From a virus (Duplodnaviria > Caudoviricetes), in IMG/VR virus record IMGVR_UViG_3300030095_004319, positions 1 to 27,718 of that record: DNA of 27,718 nucleotides; one strand, 5' to 3'. Made by a program: the position numbers and the translations under genes. The notes under the pieces are model-generated. The model made no database searches. It saw only the letters and a list, made by a program, of their open reading frames with translations, and was not told where the DNA came from. Of this stretch, positions 8,783 through 18,935 are shown piece by piece (position 1 is the stretch's first letter; every line of letters begins with the position of its first letter).

Positions 8783-10213
8783 TTAATCTTTTTTAGGTCT
8801 TCTACTAAGGTTCATTAGTATTTGCTCTATAATATTTGGCTTTTCAACTTCTACATTAGCACTTTGTTTTTGGCTTTCAGTGTTTTTCATCAAACTTGGA
8901 TCCATTGTAAGGTTTAAAAATTCGTCCATGTTTAACATAAAACCAGAACCTCTGTTAAAAGCATCAGTTTCGCTACCACCGTTTAATAATCTTTTTACTT
9001 GGTCTAGACTTAAACCTGTAACTGGTTTTCCTTGTTTACCTGTTACTGAAATATCCGAGTATGACCATGTTTTATTTTGTTTATCAAAAGAAAATTTACG
9101 ATCTTCGCCAAAAGGCGCCATAAACTCGTTACCGCTTTTCAAGTTTTTTAACAACTCGTTAAACTGTGGCAATGCTATTGGTGTGCTAGGCGCTATATTA
9201 ACATAATTGTTTTTAGTAACAAACTGCTTGTAACTAACTACTGTTTTATCACCAATTGGCGGAAGTTGGCTATTATCTGTGTTAAAAGTAATATTTTCTT
9301 GTTCAAGAGTATTTGCATAGTAATTTACAGCAAACTGAGCGCTTTTATCACTATCATAATTTTCGTGCCCAGGTTGCACTAAAGCATCTACAATTTCGTT
9401 TTTTTCTTCAGGAGATTTATCTGCTAATTTAGGAAATAACTTATCAAACACTACTTCTTTTCTTAATTCATCTGCTACAGAACCATCTGTGTTTTCCATT
9501 AAGTCTGGAGTTGTTAATAAATTTGCAACTCTTATATTTCTATCTGTAGATATAAAATCGTATAAGCTAGATTTAATATCGTTTTTATTAAAACTAGGTG
9601 ACTGTCTTTGTTGTAGCACTTTAAAAACTTCTGCTTTTTCTTCATCACTCATGTTTGGTACAACGCCAAAAAAGTTTTTTATATCACCAGGTCTAACTTC
9701 TAATACCTCATTATTATTAGATGCTCCAGAATACAAAAAATACATGCCAGTACCATCATCTTGAAAGCCTATAGCCTCGTCATTTACGTAAGATTTAGCG
9801 TTTTTTAAAGACTGTGGGTTTGTAGCGTCTATATTTATGTTTTGTTCATTAGAAAATAAATCTATTAAAGGACTGTGATGAACTGCAAATTCTTTTTGAA
9901 ATTCTCCATATTTTTGAGCTTTATACTTAGCTTCGTCTAAAGTTTCTTCAGTAACGCTACTACTAAAATTTTTAATTTTACCATGAAAATGACCAGCAGC
10001 TTTTTCACCACCACTATGTATACCAATACTTTCAGTCAATTTTTTAATGTCTTTCAACAACTCTTTATTTACTTCTCTTTTAGCTGTAAAAAGACTCATC
10101 ATGTTGTTACCTTTCTGTATTTCTATTTGGGCTTGACCCGCATAGATATTAGTCATGTCTAACGTTTTTTCTAAAGTACCAGCTGTTGCTATTAGTGTTT
10201 TATCTGCTTTCAT
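8783..10213 (-). CDS. Hypothetical protein, putative internal virion/ejection protein (476 aa)
   Basis: Long ORF between the small Q/A-rich protein and the giant protein, i.e. the middle position of the usual three-gene ejection cluster. No catalytic motif recognised. Confidence 0.5.
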   Translation of the reverse strand: MKADKTLIATAGTLEKTLDMTNIYAGQAQIEIQKGNNMMSLFTAKREVNKELLKDIKKLTESIGIHSGGEKAAGHFHGKIKNFSSSVTEETLDEAKYKAQKYGEFQKEFAVHHSPLIDLFSNEQNINIDATNPQSLKNAKSYVNDEAIGFQDDGTGMYFLYSGASNNNEVLEVRPGDIKNFFGVVPNMSDEEKAEVFKVLQQRQSPSFNKNDIKSSLYDFISTDRNIRVANLLTTPDLMENTDGSVADELRKEVVFDKLFPKLADKSPEEKNEIVDALVQPGHENYDSDKSAQFAVNYYANTLEQENITFNTDNSQLPPIGDKTVVSYKQFVTKNNYVNIAPSTPIALPQFNELLKNLKSGNEFMAPFGEDRKFSFDKQNKTWSYSDISVTGKQGKPVTGLSLDQVKRLLNGGSETDAFNRGSGFMLNMDEFLNLTMDPSLMKNTESQKQSANVEVEKPNIIEQILMNLSRRPKKD

Positions 10214-10223
10214 ATTATTAATT

Positions 10224-10907
10224 TTAACCTAAGTCTTTTAAAAAATCTTGCACACTATCAGTTTGAAGCGCTTTCATATAGTTTTGACTAGCTTGTGACC
10301 TTAATTGATTAGCATATAAATTAGCTGATGCTTGGTTTGCGCCTGCTTGTCCTAAATTACCAGCGGCTTGGCCAGTAAGCGCTTGCTGTATACCTAACAA
10401 AGTAGATTGTCTACTAGCGTTCATACTTTGAAGCATTGCCTCACCTTTTCTTTCAGCAAGTTGAACTGATAAATTACCTTTAGCAGCGGCTAATCTATTT
10501 GCTCCTTCTTGTTTTGCTATATCAGCAGATATTTTTTGCGTTCTAAGCATGTTTTGATTTGCTAACGCTTGAGCTAAACTAGCAATACCACTAGAGCCAG
10601 CAGCGTCTCTTAGTGAAGAAAGTAAATTAACTTGAGATTGTTCAGCTCTTCTTGATGCAAACTCCGCTTGCTGTGTATTTACAGTAAGATCTTCAAAAGG
10701 ATTTTGTATGTTTTCATAAGGATTTATAAAAACCTGTTGTCTATATTTATCTTTTTCAATTTGCAAAAGTCTTTTTTGCTCATCAAACATTTTTTTATTT
10801 TCTTCGTATTGCTCTCTAGACATACTCTCCATAGACCTAGCCGATCTTCTTTGTGATCTTGAACTCATTACTGCCGAAAAAACTGTTGCTGCCGCTAACC
10901 AACTCAT
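10224..10907 (-). CDS. Putative small ejection/internal virion protein (227 aa)
   Basis: Hydrophobic N-terminal helix (MSWLAAATVFSAVMS), Q/A/S-rich coiled-coil body and a GSSGIASLAQAL segment. Composition and position match small podovirus ejection proteins such as T7 gp14 or P22 gp7 (analogy only). Confidence 0.6.
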   Translation of the reverse strand: MSWLAAATVFSAVMSSRSQRRSARSMESMSREQYEENKKMFDEQKRLLQIEKDKYRQQVFINPYENIQNPFEDLTVNTQQAEFASRRAEQSQVNLLSSLRDAAGSSGIASLAQALANQNMLRTQKISADIAKQEGANRLAAAKGNLSVQLAERKGEAMLQSMNASRQSTLLGIQQALTGQAAGNLGQAGANQASANLYANQLRSQASQNYMKALQTDSVQDFLKDLG

Positions 10908-10966
10908 ATTATTATTGTTTTTATTGTCATATATTTATTATTACACTTTTAACGTGCTTTTTACTA

Positions 10967-11341
10967 TTATACTACCTCAGAACCAACTGAAAACAGTTTA
11001 GCTTCAGTAGTGCTTGTGTTTTTCATTTTAACCTTAGCGTAATAGCCAGATACTCCAGAGGTGTTTACAACACCACTTTTAGCAAATAAAGCCATAGCAT
11101 TTGCAAAATCATTACCACTTACGCTAGTACCACCGTCATTAACTGTTATAATGTTAGTTGTGTTGTTAATAGCAGTTACAGTTCCTCTAAGCACTGGAAG
11201 ATTACTACTATTATTTTTGTCTATACCACTATCAGTACCTCCAGCGTCAAGCGCATTTACCTTACCCGCTGTATATATAGCGTCGCCTATACTTAATGAT
11301 TCGTTTATATTTCCGCTTAATGTTATTGTAAATGTTCCCAT
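10967..11341 (-). CDS. Tail-associated protein (124 aa), possibly the detached C-terminal piece of the muzzle protein
   Basis: Beta-rich, T/S/G-rich ORF ending SGVSGYYAKVKMKN...KLFSVGSE, which I recall as a C-terminal signature of tail stabilization proteins in this phage group. It ends in tandem stops TAA TAG TAA (10961-10969). Confidence 0.55.
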   Translation of the reverse strand: MGTFTITLSGNINESLSIGDAIYTAGKVNALDAGGTDSGIDKNNSSNLPVLRGTVTAINNTTNIITVNDGGTSVSGNDFANAMALFAKSGVVNTSGVSGYYAKVKMKNTSTTEAKLFSVGSEVV

Positions 11342-11347
11342 GTTATA

Positions 11348-12925
11348 TTAAGACCAGTTAGGGTCAATTGTTAAAAAGTTATCTAAATTTAAACTAACTA
11401 CTGTGTTTTCTGTAGGAAATTGATCTATGCTTAGCACAAAGCTTATATCAGCAACTCTACCTGCGTTTTCAAAAACCACTAATTGACCAGTTCTAGCTAC
11501 AGCGTCTTCGCTAATTACAGCCGTGCTACCACCACTACTAACAGTACTAACTGTGAGGTTTTCTAAGTTGGCACCACTTTTTACGGTAGTAACACCTTCG
11601 TACAAACCAACAACATTTCCAACGGCATCGTCAAGCTCTGTGTTAGTTAAAAGTGTTATAGTATCAGCAGTACTATTAGCATTTATTTTTTTATTTACAT
11701 CAGCAATTGTTAAAGCCGCAATATTTTCTTCATTTGGATTTGTTGTAGAGAATATTAAGCCTGTACCTTTTTGTATAATAGTAGCTCCAGCACCGATAAA
11801 ATTTAAAGTGCCTGAAGGCGTGCCACCTGGAACACCGCTTAGAGTTAAAGTAGTTCCAACAATATTAGCTACAGTTACAGTGTTAGATATACCTGTACCA
11901 GTTACAGTCATACCAAATACTATTTGGCTATTAGCTGCTGTTAAAGTTTGCCCTGTTCCTGTTGTACCACTAGCTATAGCCGCTGTTGTTCTAAGCTCAA
12001 AATCATTAACATCTATTTCTCTAGCCTTTTTAAATGCTTTAGTGTTTATTTTTGGTTGTAGCTCTACCACTGTGTTTTGACCAGACGTGCTTGAGTTGGC
12101 ACCAGTCACAGCTGATGATGATGGTTTTGCTGCGTGTGTACCAGTGTAAGCAGCATTAGCAGAAACACACGTAATAGTTACTGTAACATCGTTTACTTGG
12201 TTAAAAGTAAAAACACCTGCTAAAGAATCTGGTAAAACAGTTAAACTAGTGTTAGTAACGCTTAGCTGTAAAGAGTAAGAATCTAAAGACGCTGAGCTAG
12301 GTATTGTAAAGTTTGTTATTGAATTTTCTTCACTACCTATAGTTATAGCTCCTGATGTTGTAGAAGAAGCTGTAAAAGTATTAGATGTAAAATCGTAAGT
12401 GTGATTATCAGAATTTCTTTTTAAAAAAAACGAAAACTCTGAATTTTCAGTGCCATTAACCGTAAGGCTTCTTGTTTGTCCTCCAGCTGGAACATCAGAT
12501 GTGTCTAAAGCCACACCACTTATTTCTTTTATAACTGTGCTATTAACACCAACAGTTTCTCCAGAACCTATGCTTTCGTTAAAATGTATATCATTATATA
12601 TTGTATTAACACCAGCTTTAGCGCTAATTACAAAAACTTTTTGTGTTACTCTTTCTAAAGAATTTTCTGTAGTAGTACTTGTTATTATTAAATCACCGTT
12701 GTTAAAGTTAAACTTAAAATCAGGTGGTGTTGAATAATAAAAATTATCATTAGCAGTAAAAGTAATTGTGCATATTTCTTTCGCTACATCTTCAGTTGCA
12801 GATACAACACATCTTTGCGTAGATGAGTTAACAGTGGTAAGAGTAACACCAGAGCTAGCTACTACACTTACAGCATGATCTGTTTTTGTATTTGTTTTTA
12901 TATTTAATCCTAAATTTATTGCCAT
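11348..12925 (-). CDS. T/S/V-rich beta-sandwich structural protein (525 aa), tail-associated
   Basis: Starts 1 nt after the muzzle stop. Strong T/S/N/V/G enrichment with alternating beta patterns is typical of Ig-like or fibre appendage domains. Confidence 0.55.
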   Translation of the reverse strand: MAINLGLNIKTNTKTDHAVSVVASSGVTLTTVNSSTQRCVVSATEDVAKEICTITFTANDNFYYSTPPDFKFNFNNGDLIITSTTTENSLERVTQKVFVISAKAGVNTIYNDIHFNESIGSGETVGVNSTVIKEISGVALDTSDVPAGGQTRSLTVNGTENSEFSFFLKRNSDNHTYDFTSNTFTASSTTSGAITIGSEENSITNFTIPSSASLDSYSLQLSVTNTSLTVLPDSLAGVFTFNQVNDVTVTITCVSANAAYTGTHAAKPSSSAVTGANSSTSGQNTVVELQPKINTKAFKKAREIDVNDFELRTTAAIASGTTGTGQTLTAANSQIVFGMTVTGTGISNTVTVANIVGTTLTLSGVPGGTPSGTLNFIGAGATIIQKGTGLIFSTTNPNEENIAALTIADVNKKINANSTADTITLLTNTELDDAVGNVVGLYEGVTTVKSGANLENLTVSTVSSGGSTAVISEDAVARTGQLVVFENAGRVADISFVLSIDQFPTENTVVSLNLDNFLTIDPNWS

Positions 12926-12926
12926 A

Positions 12927-15900
12927 TTATGATGATGCTGTATTACTTGTTATTATACCTAAGCCTTGTACATTAAAATCACTAGTGTCTATATTACTAG
13001 CTGTGATAGCGTCTCCTTTTATATAGTTATACCACTTGTCATCTTTTTCTAAAAACTCGTTAATAGAACCTGATTGAGTTGGTGTTGTTATAGTTTCTGC
13101 AAACCAACCTGTTTTAGCATTGATGTTGTAAACGTCAGCATCTGATCCATCAGACGTAACATCTAACAAGTCTACTTTACCTTGAGTTCCTTCGTAAATT
13201 ATATTTTTAAATCTTTTGTTTTCATAAGGGTTTGTATTAAAAACAACTTCTACGTAAGGTTGAGTAGTAGCTCCGTAAAAATTACACCTTGTTTCGTTTG
13301 AGTGGTGTTTATAAAGCTCACCATCGTTAAACGTGTAGTAATTGTTATTAAAGCTTATACCATCTTGCATTGCGGTGAAAGATTTAAAGCTTGACCAACC
13401 TTTTGTGTTTTCATTAAAACTAATAACATAATCAGTCGCACCGTCAATTTTTATATTATATTCGTTTTTTCTACTATCATAACTACCAATTAAAGCCGTT
13501 GAAGCAGGTAGTTCATCTTTAAAAAAGTCAGATAAACCATATTGTGATATAGGCGTTAAACCGTCCATTGACAACCTAAGCACAACACCTCTTTGTTTGT
13601 CTGTGAAGTAAGATCTATGTGATTGCGAAGCAAAAGATCTTGGGTCCTTAGATATACCATACTCGCCTGTGTAAGGTATTGTTTGTCCTAAAACGTTTTT
13701 ATTTGCAACTAACTGTGGATTGCCATCAGCATTAAACACAGCATCTTTATTTGCAAGTATTTTTAAAACTTTATCTTCGCACAGTACTAAAAGATTAGAG
13801 TCTTTAGTATGTAGCTTTTGTATACTACCGTATGTTGGGTTAACGTCTTTAGTAATTTTTTCAGCTTGTATAAATTGATTTAAATTATTTACGTTGCTAG
13901 TAGAGTTATATATACCAGAAAATATTAAACCACTTACTCTATTGTCTTTTTTATACACTTCATCTAGCGTTGTTGAAGCAACTATACCTTTACCTAAAGT
14001 AGGCTTGTTAAATACATCTTTTATTCTGTTTGATTCAACACCGTTTTCAAAAGAATAACAATTAGAATATTTTAAATCCTGAGTAGTACCATGATCTTTT
14101 ATATCATAAAAATCACTAGCTTCGTAATATATGTCTAAGCCCTCTGTTGTTTTTGGCTCTGTTTCAAACACTGCTGGATTATCTGTTGTTAATTGAGTAC
14201 CTTCTTCTACAACATCACCTATAAACTGTATTACTCTACTAGTTCTACCATTCATTTTACCAGCTGTAGTTGTATTTCCAGGGCCTATTGGATCAAAAGA
14301 ACCAGAGTCACCTGGCAGCTTGTCTAACTCTATTATATATGTTAAACGCCTGTTACTACCTCTTAAAAATCTTTTTTCTTCATCTACTATAGAATCTTGA
14401 ACTATAGTGTTAGTGCTATTAATTTCTATTTCGTCAAAATCAGCAGTTCCGTTGTGAGTCTGTCTAGCTCTAAATCTCTTGTAAGTACCAGAGCTTGGAT
14501 CTCTTAAATCACCCCAAGTTATATTTTGTATACCGTCAGGATCATCAAAATACTGGTAATACGTAAAGTCATCACCAGGGAAAGGCGTGTGGTTATATCT
14601 TTTTACTTTTTTAAAGTCTATTATTTCAAACTCTTCACCAGTTGAGTCGTCGGTAAATTTAAACTTTGCACCTTTTTTAACACTATCAGATATACTTTTA
14701 AAAACATTAGAACTACTTGTCCAACCATCATTTTGCAAAGAACTTGCAACGCTAGACACATTACCCTGGTTTAAAGAAACGTATGGTATATCTTTTTCCA
14801 TACCTCCGTAAGAAAGTTCCATGTAAAACTTACCTACTTCTCTAAAAGCAGACCCATAAAGATAAACATCCGCGTCAACATCATCTTGTGTTGCCGTGTA
14901 TACACCTCTACCAAGTCTATTAAAATCATTTGTACCTCCGGTTGGGTTGTTACCAAAATTAGTACCGTCATTAGCAGCAAACTCTAACTTATTACCATTA
15001 GTTAAATCGTAATGAACAGCCCTGTGGTATAACGTGTAAAAACCATTTCCAGAACCAGAGGGCGATGGGTCATAGCTGGCGTCTCTTTGTATACCTATGT
15101 AAGACGTTTGGTCTATAAACCAATTACTACCGTAACTACCTGTTAACCCTAAATCATTATCTGAGCCTGCAACACCATACTTAAATAATCTTAAAAATTT
15201 CATATAAGCACCTTGCGAACCATAAACACTGTAGTCATCACTTCCTTGACTTTGAAACAAACCATAGCTGTATGAAAAAGCAGCATGCTTAAACGTACCA
15301 GGATTTGTTCCACTACCATTAATAAGAGTTTGCCCACCGCTTATACCAAGTATATTATCAGATATACCGACACCAACTTGACTACCAGTTTCTAGCTCTC
15401 CATCTACGTGGATAGTTGCTGTGGCTAAGCCTATTGGTATTACTTTGTATATGTTTTTACCTGATCCATCTGTTCCGTGGAAGTCATCTCCACTTGCAAA
15501 CCAGTTTCTAACCTCATAATAAAGAGTGTCGTTTGCTAAAAAGTTATTACTAAAAGGACCTGCGCTAGTGTAAGTAAGAAAGTTAGAGCTTTTTAAATCG
15601 TCCCAAACACCAACCGTAGCTGAGTCGTAGTTTCTATCTTGTATATCTATTACGTTTGAAGTTTCTAGTCCTTGCGTTTTGTTATTTCTGGTAGTAACAG
15701 TGCTTAAGTCTTGATAATCGTTTATAAAACAACCGTCTATTGCAACACCATCTTGCTTGTGAAAACTAGGTATGTTAGCTACTACTTGAGCTGTAAGGCT
15801 GTTAGTAGAATTTGCATAAACATTTGAAGTGATAAAAGAGTCTGAATTTACTTTTACAAAAAACCTAGCATCAAACTCAGGTTTGTTTTCTAGCTTTGAT

Positions 15901-18900
15901 GTAAAAAACTCTATTTTCACATTGCTTTCAATATCAGTACCATTTGAGGCTATTATAAAATCAATGTCACTTTCTATAAAAGGATTTTCAGTTTTTATTT
16001 GATAATGATCACTACCACCAAAATCAACTATCTCTATAGAATCTACGGTGTAGGTTTCAGAAACTTCATTAATATTGTTTTTAAATTTAAAAATTAAATT
16101 TTTTGCAAGTACTAGCTCAGACAAATTGTTATTTCCTTCTGTAACTATCCAAGAGTCTTTATTAAAAGATATGGTGTTTGAACCAATTAAAGGCCTAGTA
16201 TTAACGTTTTCAAATAAATCATTATTTATATTAGCAGAGTCACCACCCTCTCCAATGCTATTTATATTTGTTTTAACAAAATCTGGCGCATTGTTAGATA
16301 TATCTAAAATTTTATATATTGCCTCAGCACTATCAACTGCAACACCAGTATCACCATGACCTTTTTTTAATATTAAAAAATCATCTTCATCAACTTTATT
16401 TCTTTCTGATGAAGGAAATGAAAGCCAATAACCTCCATCACCTGATTTATATATTCTATCAAGAGCTATATTGTTGTAATCACTACTAGTTTCTTTTACA
16501 AAATATTTAAAGTGTGTAGCCCATGTTGGTGGATCACTTTTTATAGTAGATTTAATACAGTTTATAGATTTAGAATTGTTTTTCGGTACCGACACACTTG
16601 CCGTTTTACTTGTCAAAACAGGAGTTTCTCTACCATATTCATCCGCGTAAACAACGCCAAGCTTGTAATTTCTTATAGATTTTACAGACTCTCTATTATT
16701 TGTTATTATTTTTTTTAATGAAAAGTGGCTTATAGTACAAAGAAAACCAATTTCTCTTATTTGAAACATAAAATCTCTAACAGTTGGGCTATTAGAAAAA
16801 GTACTACCACCTGTGCTTCTATCTAAGTTTATAGCCATTACACCGTAGTAGTTTCCATCACCGGTTATTTGTTTAGCAAAATCACCATACTTACCGGTAG
16901 TGTTGTCTCCTGACATCAATGCTGGGCCTTCTAAAACAGCATTTACACCAGGAGTTTGTGACCAGTTACTTACTTTAAAACTATAGTAGTACTCAGCATC
17001 ATTTTCAAGACCTAAAGCAGTGTCTGTGTGTAGCTTTACATATTGAGCTATTCCTGTTCCGTCAACGTTAACAACACCAGCTGTTTTATCGTTAACACCT
17101 TTAGCATGCGTGAATTTAGTAGTATCAACAGGGGTAGTTGCGTAGCTGTCAAAATGCGAAGTCAAATGTCTATTGGGTAAAAGCTCAGGGCCTGTAAAAA
17201 CTCTATTATCTATATAAGCTTCTAAATTTACATTTTGATTTTCTAAATCATAACCTTGCTCGTAGTTTGCGTATACTATTCTATTACCTACTATCTCTTG
17301 TGCTAAGGCTTTTTTAGGCACATTATCCCATTGTCTTAATAATTGTTTTTCTTCTAATAAAGAATATATATTTTCTTTAGATATAACATATTTATTTTTC
17401 TTCCAATTAAAATCAATACTACTATCTTTTCTAACACTATCAACTTTATAAACTTCTGGGTTGTTAGACTCTGTATATAGTATGTCTACTTGAACTACGT
17501 CTTCTGGTATATCTTCAGGTATTATATTTGTTAATTCAATTTCTTTTATTCTGTTTACCATACCAGTGTTAAACGCATTTTCCGTGTCGTAAAAAAAATT
17601 ACTAGGTAAAAAAGCAGCTTGTGTAAATGGTGAAAAAGTAGAATACTCACCATCTATGTATTTAAATCTAGTTGCAAAAAATGAAAATTTATCTTTAAAC
17701 AAGTCAGTTTCTTCTTCAAAAAGAAATGTATTAAACACAGAATTACTTGAAACATTACTTTGTAAAACTTTAGCTTTGAATATTTTATTACCTTCTAAGC
17801 TTACAATTTTTATCCTTACATCAAAATCTATTGCGGTTGGGGTAGAACCTGCTTTTAAATGTATTACATCATTAACTAAAAAAGGATTTCTTCCAGGATT
17901 TATTTTTACTTCAATAAAATCACCTTCTAAAACACCGCTCATGTCTAACGCCTCTGTAGTTAGACTAACCAAAGGACTTCCGTCTACTTTAGTTCTTTGT
18001 TCTTTTATGTTTATGTCTGGGGAGTTTATTGGAGATTTTCTTATAACAGTAGTGTGGCTTTCATCTACTCTTTTACCTGTTGTTAGAGGGTAAAATGAAG
18101 ATCCATCTATATAAAGCTTTGTAGGCTTTCTTCTTCCCTCATCATCTGTTAATGTTCCAGCGATAGATCTTGATATAGATATTTTTTTAGGCTCAGAGTT
18201 GTTGTCTGTCCACATTAAAAAATCATCTACTATATTTACGCCAGTCACAGGATATTCTGGGTTAAAATTTAAAGGTCTTTTATTGTCTTTGTGTGTTATG
18301 TGTAACGTTAAATTTGTAATAGCAATAGGAACGCCACCAGGTGCTAAATCATCTATCTTATTTTCAAGAGTTAATACAGCGCCTGAAACAGTTAGTATTC
18401 TATTGTTTCTAACATATTCTTCACCGGTAGTAGCGTTAAAAACATTAACGTACATATTGGTTACCATATTTTTTTTATAAGCGTTTGTGTTTGGCAGTGT
18501 AATAGTTTGTGCTGTTACATCAAAAATAAGATCTGTACTACCAGTATCAAAAACAGCTAGATAACTATACATATCTGTAAACACGTTTGTTATAGCACTA
18601 CCATCGTATTTTAGTATTAAATCTTTACTAACCGTAGGCTGTGTGTCACTAGAGCTAAAGCTACTTGGATCAGTTTTAGGTCCTGCTACAAAATAATATA
18701 CGCAATTGTTTTTTTCTTCAGCAATTTTACCAACTATAGAACTACCTGTAGGTACAATATCACCAGAAACCAACGTGTTACCTTTAACACTTTGAACAGT
18801 TCCAACGTCATCACCTTCTGATGTTGAAACCTCAATGTTAAGCGCGTCTCTATATTGTCCATTAGGTACTAATCTTTCATCAAGGTCTTTATTCATTTTA

Positions 18901-18932
18901 CCCTGAAAAAAGCTATTCTTAATTTCCGGCAT
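12927..18932 (-). CDS. Tail stabilization / muzzle (nozzle) protein (2001 aa)
   Basis: N-terminal GKMNKDLDERLVPNGQYRDALNI, internal WTDN..EPKKI, GNRIVYANY and YKLGVVYADEYGRETPV, and a C-terminal beta-propeller-like block (YGSIQKL, GEYGISKDPRSFA, YFTDKQRGVVLRLS, GWSSFKSF). These are as recalled for crAss-related tail stabilization proteins. The gene follows the ring genes. Confidence 0.8.
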   Translation of the reverse strand: MPEIKNSFFQGKMNKDLDERLVPNGQYRDALNIEVSTSEGDDVGTVQSVKGNTLVSGDIVPTGSSIVGKIAEEKNNCVYYFVAGPKTDPSSFSSSDTQPTVSKDLILKYDGSAITNVFTDMYSYLAVFDTGSTDLIFDVTAQTITLPNTNAYKKNMVTNMYVNVFNATTGEEYVRNNRILTVSGAVLTLENKIDDLAPGGVPIAITNLTLHITHKDNKRPLNFNPEYPVTGVNIVDDFLMWTDNNSEPKKISISRSIAGTLTDDEGRRKPTKLYIDGSSFYPLTTGKRVDESHTTVIRKSPINSPDINIKEQRTKVDGSPLVSLTTEALDMSGVLEGDFIEVKINPGRNPFLVNDVIHLKAGSTPTAIDFDVRIKIVSLEGNKIFKAKVLQSNVSSNSVFNTFLFEEETDLFKDKFSFFATRFKYIDGEYSTFSPFTQAAFLPSNFFYDTENAFNTGMVNRIKEIELTNIIPEDIPEDVVQVDILYTESNNPEVYKVDSVRKDSSIDFNWKKNKYVISKENIYSLLEEKQLLRQWDNVPKKALAQEIVGNRIVYANYEQGYDLENQNVNLEAYIDNRVFTGPELLPNRHLTSHFDSYATTPVDTTKFTHAKGVNDKTAGVVNVDGTGIAQYVKLHTDTALGLENDAEYYYSFKVSNWSQTPGVNAVLEGPALMSGDNTTGKYGDFAKQITGDGNYYGVMAINLDRSTGGSTFSNSPTVRDFMFQIREIGFLCTISHFSLKKIITNNRESVKSIRNYKLGVVYADEYGRETPVLTSKTASVSVPKNNSKSINCIKSTIKSDPPTWATHFKYFVKETSSDYNNIALDRIYKSGDGGYWLSFPSSERNKVDEDDFLILKKGHGDTGVAVDSAEAIYKILDISNNAPDFVKTNINSIGEGGDSANINNDLFENVNTRPLIGSNTISFNKDSWIVTEGNNNLSELVLAKNLIFKFKNNINEVSETYTVDSIEIVDFGGSDHYQIKTENPFIESDIDFIIASNGTDIESNVKIEFFTSKLENKPEFDARFFVKVNSDSFITSNVYANSTNSLTAQVVANIPSFHKQDGVAIDGCFINDYQDLSTVTTRNNKTQGLETSNVIDIQDRNYDSATVGVWDDLKSSNFLTYTSAGPFSNNFLANDTLYYEVRNWFASGDDFHGTDGSGKNIYKVIPIGLATATIHVDGELETGSQVGVGISDNILGISGGQTLINGSGTNPGTFKHAAFSYSYGLFQSQGSDDYSVYGSQGAYMKFLRLFKYGVAGSDNDLGLTGSYGSNWFIDQTSYIGIQRDASYDPSPSGSGNGFYTLYHRAVHYDLTNGNKLEFAANDGTNFGNNPTGGTNDFNRLGRGVYTATQDDVDADVYLYGSAFREVGKFYMELSYGGMEKDIPYVSLNQGNVSSVASSLQNDGWTSSSNVFKSISDSVKKGAKFKFTDDSTGEEFEIIDFKKVKRYNHTPFPGDDFTYYQYFDDPDGIQNITWGDLRDPSSGTYKRFRARQTHNGTADFDEIEINSTNTIVQDSIVDEEKRFLRGSNRRLTYIIELDKLPGDSGSFDPIGPGNTTTAGKMNGRTSRVIQFIGDVVEEGTQLTTDNPAVFETEPKTTEGLDIYYEASDFYDIKDHGTTQDLKYSNCYSFENGVESNRIKDVFNKPTLGKGIVASTTLDEVYKKDNRVSGLIFSGIYNSTSNVNNLNQFIQAEKITKDVNPTYGSIQKLHTKDSNLLVLCEDKVLKILANKDAVFNADGNPQLVANKNVLGQTIPYTGEYGISKDPRSFASQSHRSYFTDKQRGVVLRLSMDGLTPISQYGLSDFFKDELPASTALIGSYDSRKNEYNIKIDGATDYVISFNENTKGWSSFKSFTAMQDGISFNNNYYTFNDGELYKHHSNETRCNFYGATTQPYVEVVFNTNPYENKRFKNIIYEGTQGKVDLLDVTSDGSDADVYNINAKTGWFAETITTPTQSGSINEFLEKDDKWYNYIKGDAITASNIDTSDFNVQGLGIITSNTASS

Positions 18933-18935
18933 ATA

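Noticed and set aside
12418-12430. T5-A7 homopolymer run as a programmed frameshift or phase-variation site
   Set aside because: Such runs are common throughout this AT-rich sequence, the ORF is intact, and no stimulatory structure or alternative frame is evident.
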